Positions 54,046 through 64,000 of a stretch of 64,000 nt of DNA are shown piece after piece (the stretch's first letter is position 1; each line of letters starts with the position of its first letter). The DNA comes from Eledone cirrhosa (Eukaryota). The stretch is from NCBI GenBank assembly GCA_964016885.1, contig OZ024748.1, positions 16,244,001-16,308,000 of the forward strand, given 5' to 3'. Both the position numbers and the translations under genes were made by a program. Below the pieces are notes generated by a model. It worked only from the letters and a program-made list of their open reading frames with translations. It searched no databases and was not told the DNA's origin.

Positions 54046-56548
54046 CGTGTGTATTGGAATATATATGCTCCTGGCTTCCATCTCACTTTACATACATTAG
54101 GTTAGGTTAGGGAAAGAGTATGATGTATTTTATTTTACAGTTGTTTATTTTTCACAGCCAATAAGCACAAACTGCAAATATTGATGCATTCCTTATATAT
54201 GCATCTCATCCAAATACGAGTGAGAGAGAGCGGGGCGTGAGAGAGAGAGGGGGGGAGAGGGACAGAGAGAGAGAAAGAGAGAGGGAGAGAGAGGTTGATG
54301 GTGTATGCGGTTGGAGGCAAATTTATTGGTGTTTTTGTTTTCTTCTGATTTTTATCCATCATATTATTGGATTTTTGGATTGAAACCTTTATTATTTTTT
54401 TTAATAATACATAGATAACTACTCTTAGTAATCCAATGCATTTTGTAGGAATCCTGTTCGAGGAATTTTTGGTTATTGATTTCAGCATCTTTGCATCAGT
54501 TCTTTATTCTTTTTCAATGGTCTTCCATTGATTTCTAATATAATTCTCAAGATATTATCTTTGTCAAGGTTCACTTTACTTTCTATCATCATATTATAGA
54601 CATTTTGTTAAAAAAAAGAGAAACTCCATTTTGTTTTGTTTTTTCTATCAATGCATGGATCATTGATAGGAAATCATATACTTTGATAACTAAACTAGTC
54701 TCATATAACTAACTGGTCTTTTACCATTGGATAATCCTCCACTAGCCTCCTATGTTACTGGTGCTTTAATGTTGGAAAATCTCCACCATCATCCTACATA
54801 ACTGGTCCTTTTAAAGTTGGACAATCTCCACCACCCTGCTAAGTAACTGATCCTTTAAAGCTGCATGATCCTTACCAGATTCTTATTCATCCATGAAGAG
54901 CAGTCTTGCAAGTGATGTCATTATACTTGAGATATAGTCACACTACCCATCATGCTATTGAAATGAATTGGAAGTGAGTGTATTTATCGATCTCTCTGGT
55001 AAATATACTTTTTATTGATCCATTATTGATCAAATGATAATGTTAGCTTCATTAACTACAGCTGCACTGTGGTGTGCTTTTGGATATTCAAATTCTTATC
55101 ATTGACCCCACCCTACCTCGGCCCCGACAATTAAGACATTTTTATCCCGCAACAGGTGTAAAGATATGATCCATCATCTTCTCATAACAATGCCTGCTAT
55201 TGTTTACGCTTAAAGGTAAACTTTTATGTTGTTTTCATATTCAAAGGAAGCTGCTGTGATTTGGACAAAGTAAATACTGTGTTCAATTGTCTTGCAATTA
55301 TTTATATCGTATACCGATATACTTGTGAAGTATACCATGGCTAAGTGGTAAGAGTACTTGACTCAAGATCATAAAGTTGTGAGTTTCATTCCTGAATGTA
55401 CATTGTGTTCTTTAGCAACACACTTTATTTCACATTGCTCCAGTCCACTGAGCAGGGTAAAAAAAAAATGAATTATATTGGTTATATAAAGAGCTAGTCT
55501 TTATCCTTGACACAAATTGTCATGTTGAATCTCCTTAACCTTCAATGCACTCTGGGCAACACATAGCACCATAAGAGTAATCTCCTCTTAACCCTTTAGC
55601 ATTTACATTACTCTATATTTACTATCATATTTTCATGGTAAAGGCTTTATCTCACATAATTATCTCATATAATATCAAATCTACGAGATTTTGATGTTAT
55701 TCATTTTGAGAACAATATGTTTTTGAGAACAATAGGTATGTGTGGCTAGTTACAGTCGATTTGAACAGAAAGAGGTGAGGGAATTTTGGTCGGATATGGC
55801 CAGTTTAACTGCTAAAGGGTTAATAGATAATGCAATTTCAAGGAATACAACTCATAAAAATTACTAGCGGAGGAAAGATTAAGGACTTCATTAAGGGTTA
55901 ATGTGCCTGTGGAAAGCTCTGCTGCTTGTAAGTTCCTTTCATGATGAAGCTGTACCATTGATTAAGGAACTGAAATACTCATAAGAACCTATGGACATCC
56001 AACACTCACATAACTAATAGAGATAGATATTGTAAGCCTAGAAACAACTGGAAATTTATAAATTCTTAAATTTATAAATTTAATTTATAATAAATTGGAG
56101 TGAAAGCAACATGACCCTCCCAAAGTATAACAATATATATATATATAATGAAATGACAGGAGGCTGGATTTGTGTAAATCCTTGAAAGGTTTATTATACT
56201 ATGATCATTTCAATGACCGGGTTCCGTATGCCTTACGTTGAGTACTCTCTATATTATTGCATTACGATTGACCATACGGAATAGACCAGCTCTATACAGT
56301 GGTGAACCTCAAACCTGAATAAATATATATATATATATATATATACACATAGATGTTGTGAGCTTATAATATACATCTAGATATAGATAGAATGATGATA
56401 TAGATACTGTGAGCCTATGATGATATAGAGATACATATTGTGAGCCTATAACACTTAAATATAGATATTTATAACACTTACAAATATAGATATTGTGAAC
56501 CTATAACACTTAAATATAGATATTTTGAGCCTATGTTACTATAGATAT

Positions 56549-56884
56549 TATCATTTTCATCATTTTACGTCCTCTTTTCCCTGCTTGCAAGGGTGGGACG
56601 GGAACTGATTCTGGCTTGATTTCTACAGCTGGATGCCCTTCCTAACACCAACCTCATTTACAGTGAGTGCTGGGTGCTTTTTTGCCGTGGCACCTCCACG
56701 ACCACTTCGCAGTGGAATGATAGGGATCCCAGTCTCTATCATCTCATTTCTACAGCTGAGTAAACTGGAGCAATGTGAAATAAAGTGTCTTGCTCAAGGA
56801 AACAACACATCACCCGGTCTGAGAATTGAACTCACAACCTTTCGATTGCAAGGCCAATGCTCTAACCACTAAGCCATGTGCCTC
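56549..56884 (-). mobile_element. SINE B within a TAGATATTGTGAGCCTATAACAC minisatellite
   Basis: Consensus match; minisatellite units at 56345-56548 and ~56895. Confidence 0.85.
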
Positions 56885-56977
56885 TATATATATATATTGC
56901 AATCCTATAACACTATATGAGTACAAGCAAGGCTCTGTAGCTAAAATAAATCTATTAGCATCATGCATGTAATTTCA

Positions 56978-57727
56978 TGTTCAACCAAGCTGTACATCAC
57001 TTCTGGGTATATATCTTTGAGGTTAGCCTTGATTTGACCAAAGACCTGTAACTGTTCAACCTAGCTGTACATAACCTCCGCAGATTTGTCACCTCTCCGC
57101 GTTGGATGGGGAATCTCCTATCCACTTAGAGTGGGTGAGAGATGTCTTCTCTTGTGAAAATGTGTAGAGCTTTCATTATGTAAAGTTTGCCTTTCATCCT
57201 TCTGGGGTCGATAGAATAAAGTACCAGTAATGCATTGGGTAATTGCTGGCCTTGTGCCAAAAGTAGAAATAATTATGTAAAGTTTGCCCATTTTGCCTCA
57301 TTTCTCCCGGTTTGGGGGGCACTTTTTTTCCTGGTACTACCCGTTTGGATTTTTAGAGGTTGGCAGGTGTGCCTCCAGGGGTATATCTTTGAGGTTAGCC
57401 TTGGGTTGACCAAAGACCTGTAACTGTTCAACCAAGCTGTACATCACCTCTGGGGATATATCTTTGAGGTTAGCCTTGGGTTGACCAAAGACCTGTAACT
57501 GTTCAACCAAGCTGTACATCACCTCTGGGGATATATCTTTGAGGTTAGCCTTGGGTTGACCAAAGACCTGTAACTGTTCAACCAAGCTGTACATCACCTC
57601 TGGGGATATATCTTTGAGGTTAGCCTTGGGTTGACCAAAGACCTGTAACTGTTCAACCAAGCTGTACATCACCTCTGGGGATATATCTTTGAGGTTAACC
57701 TTAAGTCAACCAAAGACCTGTAACTGT
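56978..57727. repeat. 75-bp tandem repeat (~6 units) interrupted at 57079-57371
   Basis: ACCAAGCTGT at 57431, 57506, 57581 and 57656, with identical central units. The insert contains a SINE A 3' half. Confidence 0.92.
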
Positions 57728-58243
57728 GGGTGACATTTAGTAGTCAGAAACAGTGTGGAATCCTGTCAGAGGGAAGGCGGGATTATTCCTGTTCTTTATT
57801 TCTAAAGACAGTAAGCTATGATTTGAAAGAGATGAATCAGTAACTTGTAAGGTAGAGAACTGACTGGGTTGTTAGAAAGTCAAATAAAGTGCTTTGTGGT
57901 ATTTGTTCAAGCTCATTGCCCTCTGAGTTCAAATCCCATCAAGGTCAGCTTTGCCTCTCATCTTTTCTAGGTTGATAAAAAAAAGTACCAGTCAAGTACT
58001 GGGTCAATTCTTCCTCTACATCTATTTCTCATTTCCATTTTCTCATTCTCTTTATCCTTCTCAGGAAGAAATCTGCTGTTTTCAGACCTAGAGAGAAGAT
58101 GAGCTCCACCAGATTTTTTAAAAATGCCTCAAGAATCACTCTATGCCACTACAGGGGCCCTACAACTCCATCAGGAGTTGCACGACCATGCTGTAGCATA
58201 CCAATGAATAACTTAGAAGCATCGTTGTCTGCTCAATCTAAGA

Positions 58244-58438
58244 AATAATTGTTTCAAATTTTGGCCCAAGGCCAGCAATTATCCCAGTACATTACTGGTA
58301 CTTTATGTTATCGACCCCGTAAGGATGAAAGGCAAAGTTAACCTTGGCGGGATTTGAACACAGAATGGCAAGGGCTGTAACTCTATGCGTCAAAGAATGG
58401 CGTCCGACCCTCTACCGATACTGCCAATCCGCCGCCTT
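58244..58438 (-). mobile_element. SINE A; another copy at 60196-60363 (minus)
   Basis: Consensus match. Confidence 0.85.
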
Positions 58439-58859
58439 GAAAAAATATATATGGGGAATGCATGTAAGCAAGATGGGGTTCCAGGCCAATCTGTAGCTCT
58501 GATTAAGTATTGACTTGTACTGTGAAGTCCCATCAAACTATTGTTAGCAAGGAAATCGGGCACTAAATGTAGATGATGATGATGATAGTGATGAGGGCTT
58601 CATGATGATGAAGATGATAATGATACTGCTGATGATGAGGGTATGATAATAATGTTGATGATGATGATGATGATGACGATGTTGATAGTGATGATGATGA
58701 TTATGTTGATAGTGATGAAGGGATGATGATGATGATAGTGAAGATGGTGTTTCAGAATATTGGTGTTAAGAATGACCACTTTATATTTCAAAAGACAAAG
58801 CTACAAACACACATACATACGTACGTACACACACAGACACAGGCATACACACATACATA

Positions 58860-59250
58860 CACACATAGCTATGCACACACACACACACACAGGCAGTGCA
58901 ACCTACAAATGTACACACTCACACAGACACATACAAAGGCAGTGCGGCCTACAAATATACACAATCACACACACATACAAGCAGTGCGGCCTACAAATGT
59001 ATACACACACAGACACACAGACACAAACACACACACAAGCAGTGTGGCATACAAATGTACACACACACACACACACACACACACAAAGGCAGTGCGGCCT
59101 ACAAATATACACAATCACACACACATACAAGCAGTGCGGCCTACAAATGTATACACACACAGACACAAACACACACACAAGCAGTGTGGCCTACAAATGT
59201 ACACACACACACACACACACACACAAAGGCAGTGCGGTCTACAAATGTGC
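58860..59250. repeat. CA-rich minisatellite (GCAGTGCGGCCTACAAAT plus (CA)n)
   Basis: About 8 units. Confidence 0.85.
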
Positions 59251-60959
59251 ACATACAGAGAAATTCATAAAATTAAAAGCAGCAGTGAATATTTTAGTGT
59301 GCATCATATGCATTATGTATGTCTTGATGAATATTTCTGTACACCAATTGGTGAATGCAGCTTGTGCATAATAATATAAAGCAGTTTTATGCGTTTAACT
59401 ATTCATTGCCAATCTATATATTTTCTATAAAGAATCTGATTTCTGTGAGCAATGAAGGCAGGCTCTTCTGTAGAATATTTATCATAATTATTTGTTGATT
59501 TCCTTACAGTATATAATTCAATGAAAGCAAAATTCAATATAGTCTGCCATAGATTTTAAAAGTATTTTCCTTTTTAGAAGAAGCTATCAAACACTTAACA
59601 ATAAATTTGCCATGACTATAATATTCTCTTGTAAGAAACATATTTGACTCAAATATCAGGAATAAAAGTATTATCATTCATATTTTATAGCTCTGCATGC
59701 AGGTATGGGCTGTGTGGTTAACGAGTTCACTCTTGAACCATATGGTCACAAGTTTAATCCTGCTGCATGGCATTGGAGGCCAGTATTTTCTACTGCAGCC
59801 TTTCATTTTATGTATATAAGACACATAACCTCATGGTTAGGGTGGTGGATGAACTCATAATCAAAAGGTTATGAGTTCAACTTCTACCAGGCAGGGTTTT
59901 GTACTGTTAAGCAAAATGCTTCATTTTATATCAGTTTTCATAGTAGTAGCGGAGCCCATATTATTAAAACACCAAAGACACCTCGTATGTGCTAGAACCA
60001 TGCAGGAGACCATATAATCCTACATAGATGTAACAACAATAACATAAGACTGTCATCTCTATCATTAAAACACCCACAAGATACACCTTCATAGATCACC
60101 AACTAAATCTACATATATATTATATGAGCTGTAACAACAAACACGATAGGACTGCACCTCTTATCATTAAAACACCCAAGAACCCTCTATAAGATATAAT
60201 TGTTTCTACTTTTGGTACAAGGCCAGCAATTATCCTGGAGCTTTAGTGGTACTTTATTTTATGAATCCCGTAAGGATGAAAGGCAAAGTTAACCTCGGCG
60301 GGATTTGAACTCAAATCATAAAGAGACGTAAGGCTATACTTCAAAGCATGGTGTCCGACTCTCTGAACATTTTAACATTGGATCTCCTCAGATAAGAGAG
60401 AATGTATTCAATTGAAGAAAAGAGATTCAATAGCATTTAATTTGTACACAAAATCATTGTCTGTCTCTTTACAGCTTAGAAAATATCAGGATAAAACTTA
60501 ATTGAATTGAAAACAGCAGAATAAGAAACTTGATGTTCAAATTACACATTTTATGTTTGCTTAACTACTAATGAGTGCGCTTCTAAATGAAAGAGCTGTT
60601 CTCACAGAACTGACTGGATCTACTTAAGAAAATCATCTAACAAAGCTACATTCAATGTCATTTTACTTGCAAACATTAAAAAATATATATTTTTGTATGA
60701 ATTCTTTCAATTGTCCAAAACAGTTAAATTCTGTTTGTTCTCACATTAATCTCAGTTAGTCAGTTGTAATTTAATTATAGATTGGGATATAAAAATATAC
60801 TTAAATGAATTTCAGTTGATTTGAATGTGTTAAGATTTAAGTCAAGTCTTGGACTAGACTTCTTTTGCCTTGATAGTATATAGAGTGTGATTCTGATGTG
60901 TATCAACTCAATGTTTGGTGAAGCTGAAAGAAGAATATATATATACACACATATAGATA

Positions 60960-62468
60960 TATTTCTTTTATTTGCCACTAGGGCATCAAAAGTGGGACAA
61001 GTACAAAGGGGGGAGTTTACACAAAAAGGCGTCCTCAATAAGGAGAAGGCAATAACAAAATATAAAAATAAAATAAGATATAACAAAAAATAAAATTTTT
61101 AACAAAATCCTCAATAGAGAGGAGGCGCCTTGGGGGGTCGCACACACCCCCGAAAAAAGTGTGCAACCCTTCTCCTCAGGAGCACAGAGAAGGGGTGCTC
61201 CCTTGGTCTTTTATCTTCCTCACCTATAGTCTGATGTAGAGTGAAGGCCCATTCACACGGGCCATTCTCGCCACTTTCACCCATCTTTCATAGAAACGGC
61301 TGGGGTGCAGCACCTCTCTCTCCATCCTGATCCTTCTTCCGAAATGATATCGGAAGAAACGGACCAGTTGTTGGCCAGAGAGAAAGGTGCCCGACCTCAG
61401 TCCTTTCAGACGCGTCCACCATACAACCTCTTTCGCCATGGCTATTACGCACAGAAACACCGCCTCTGCTTCATCTTTGAAGGGGGGAGGCGGCTTGATC
61501 ATTACAATCGACTCGGTGGTCAACCGGATCGGTCCCACCCTTGACAGCAGTTGTTCGACATAGCCCCACAGATCGGCTACGCCCGAGCAGTGTACTAATG
61601 CGTGTGCAACGGTTTCCTCGTCGCACACGCATCTGGGACAGATCTTTTTGGCGGGGTCCCTACCCGGGCGCCCGTGTCTGTAGAGCCTTTCTCGAACGGG
61701 TAAAGCCCCTCGGTAGCACTGCCAGGCCAGGGACTTCTGGAAGTTGTCCATAGGTCCCGGGCTGAATGTCCTACCGAACAGGCTGGCCAGTTCGTCCTCC
61801 TCCATGTCTAGGGCTTCTCCGAGGGCGTCGTCGCACCTGCTGCGTACCAGCCCTCTATAGAATGTTGCGGTGGAGTCTCCACTGATAACCGGATCCGCCT
61901 GCCAGAGGGCGGTGAGCGCCTGGGCACACTCAGTGTGCCAGGCGCCCAGTTTTCTCGGTCTTTGCTTGACCCAGGATTGCAGCTCGGTGAGTGAGACGAG
62001 TTTGGGAAAGGTTCGTCTTACAAACGAGGCCCACACCGGTTGTCCGGTGAGGAATACGTAGAGGTGCCGTAGCCTTAATGCGTGTTTACGCATCATTAGC
62101 CACGGCATCCCCAGCCCTCCTTTCGAAGGGTGTTGACAGCAGATGGATCTCCTCACCATAGGAGCCCGCCTCTTCCAAAGGAATTGGAAGAGCGCGCGCT
62201 CCATCTTGGTGAGGGTTTCCCTTGGGCAGGGCACTACGGTCAGGCGGTAGTAGATGACGGACGCTATGTAGGTGTTCGCCACCTCCGCCCGACCTTTCAG
62301 GGATAGTTTGCAACTGGCCCACTTCTGGGTCAGTGCAAACACCCTGTTCGTAACCTCCGTCCAGTTTTTCTCCACCTGGAGGTCCGGTCCGAACCAGACC
62401 CCGAGCAACTTCACCGGGCCCTCCGTCCAGCGTCCGACGACGCTATCGGAGGGCATCGGTCTGCCCCT
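60960..62468 (-). mobile_element. Young 5'-truncated L1-clade (Tx1-like) LINE; open ORF2 fragment 61224-62471
   Basis: VKLLGVWFG, W....LSLKGR, CQHPSKGGLG.P, and a CCHC zinc knuckle CPRC...EETVAHALVHC. GC-rich, no stops. 10-bp TSD CATATAGATA at 60950-60959 and 62469-62478. Confidence 0.92.
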
Positions 62469-62932
62469 CATATAGATAGATAGATGGATAGATATATATA
62501 TTTATTGTTATACTTTGGGAGGGGTCATGTTGCCAATTCTGCTAGTATATATATATATATATATATATTTATATGCCATTCTGCTAGTATATATATATAT
62601 ATATATATATATATTAATATATATATATATATATACTAGCAGAATGGCCCGGCGTTGCTCGGGATTTGCTATAGGGTTCTTATATATTTTATATATATTT
62701 ATCCTTATCGAACCTCGTGAAATAAATACGTTTGTTTATATTTTGTTATTGTGTATGCAAAAATATCTGTCCATAAATATATAATTATATATATATATAT
62801 ATATATGTAGGAGGTGAGTTTTATTGTAGTACAATAAAGCAATGCAGATATCGGATAAGAAGCACTCTACAGTTTGTGGGACTGGAGTATGCATAATATA
62901 AGATCAAAAGATGGTTAAAGGAGTTCAATATA

Positions 62933-62999
62933 TTTTATTATGCGCATTTCAAAAACAAACATCATCAAACAATAATATTTGTGTTTTCATCAGATAAAA
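62933..62999 (-). ncRNA. Putative type I hammerhead ribozyme (minus-strand twin)
   Basis: Reverse complement of 63117-63183. Confidence 0.8.
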
Positions 63000-63116
63000 C
63001 AGGAGAACATGATATGAAGGCTAAAAAAACACTTGTTGATAGTGCAGTTTTAATATGTTGATTTAAAACTGCACTATCAACAAGTGTTTTTTTAGCCTTC
63101 ATATCATGTTCTCCTG

Positions 63117-63183
63117 TTTTATCTGATGAAAACACAAATATTATTGTTTGATGATGTTTGTTTTTGAAATGCGCATAATAAAA
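63117..63183 (+). ncRNA. Putative type I hammerhead ribozyme
   Basis: UUUUAU-CUGAUGA-[36-nt AU/GU stem II]-GAAA-UGCGCA-UA-AUAAAA: 6-bp stem I, full core, palindromic stem III, overlapping AAUAAA. Confidence 0.8.
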
Positions 63184-63913
63184 TATATTGAACTCCTTTA
63201 ACCATCTTTTGATCTTATATTATATATATATATATATATATATTAAAATAACAGATTAAAGTTTAAGCAAAGAATCACTGCTTTCACTCTTAACGGGATA
63301 TTCTACCTAAAAGCGGTATGAAGTACATACACTAAGACTAATTGATGTAATCCTTGGCCTTGTTTATTTATATGTTGTTTTTGTGTATGCAAAAATATCT
63401 GTACACGAATATCTATATTAAAATAACATATTAATGTTTAAACAAAGAATCGCTGCTTTCAACCTTGACGGGATCTTCTTAAACTAAAAAAATTAATCTG
63501 GAAAACAGGAAGATGATACTTTGGTTCGTGAAGACGTTCCCTGGCATAAGAATATATATATACACACATACACACTGATCGCGTCATAATGACGTAATGC
63601 AGACATTCAGGCATACAGATAGATATTATGAAGGCGCGACGTCATATCTATGTATCTATCTAAAAAGAGAAAGACTAAGAGAAAGAGAAAGGGATCGCTA
63701 AATCGCCTAATGCGGTCCCTAGGGCATTGAAAATTTGAAATTATTTTTGCTCAAAACACTTCCGGGGTCATACGAGTTACATGTATAAAGTTTGAAAAAA
63801 AACCGGTTGGGTACTTCTCGAGTTTTAGGGAAACAGACACACAGACATCCTCTGTTTTATATATATATACACACACACACATATAGATAGATAGATGGAT
63901 ATATATATATATG

Positions 63914-64000
63914 TTTATGTTTGCTTAACTACTAATGAGTGCGCTTCTAAATGGAAGAGTTGTTCTCACAGAACTGACTGGATCTACTTAAGAAAATCAT
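63914..64000 (+). repeat. Direct duplication of 60550-60636, running off the window end
   Basis: 87 bp with 2 mismatches. Confidence 0.92.

Larger units (their letters stand above)
62893..63223. repeat. Perfect palindrome, 161-bp arms, 9-nt spacer
   Basis: 62893-63053 is the exact reverse complement of 63063-63223. Confidence 0.97.
62636..63869 (-). mobile_element. Non-autonomous Helitron H3 hosting the hammerhead palindrome
   Basis: Minus 3' end CCCGAGCAACGCCGGG...CTAG|T. The other end, CAGACACACAGAC...TTTTATATATA, resembles H1. Internal ~175-bp duplicated unit. Confidence 0.8.

Noticed and set aside
55156-55215. 60-nt AG/GT-bounded exon candidate
   Set aside because: Stops in all three frames.
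57372-57727. CRISPR-like array
   Set aside because: Contiguous identical units with no unique spacers, eukaryotic context, and no cas genes.

Overview
AT-rich eukaryotic DNA made almost entirely of repeats. The SINE types and the very long (TA)n/(CA)n/(CAT)n microsatellites resemble an octopod cephalopod genome (inferred from recognition, not searched). No host protein-coding gene, rRNA, true tRNA or CRISPR array is supported. All credible ORFs are fragments of non-LTR retrotransposons: RTE, CR1-type, R4/Dong-type RLE, a CRE-type stub, and a young L1/Tx1. The other ORFs are microsatellite or antisense-SINE artefacts. The window also holds several tRNA-derived SINE families, piggyBac-, mariner- and hAT-type MITEs, three non-autonomous Helitrons and many minisatellites, often nested. 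The most interesting signal is a set of short elements, unrelated in sequence, that carry type I hammerhead-ribozyme motifs (stem I, CUGAUGA, stem II, GAAA, palindromic stem III, UH, often followed by AAUAAA). They are frequently folded back into palindromes so that both strands encode the motif, and they usually sit at (TA)n tracts. The best case is a perfect 161-bp-arm palindrome at 62893-63223. These look like Penelope-like/retrozyme-type elements. All folds and alignments were done by eye.
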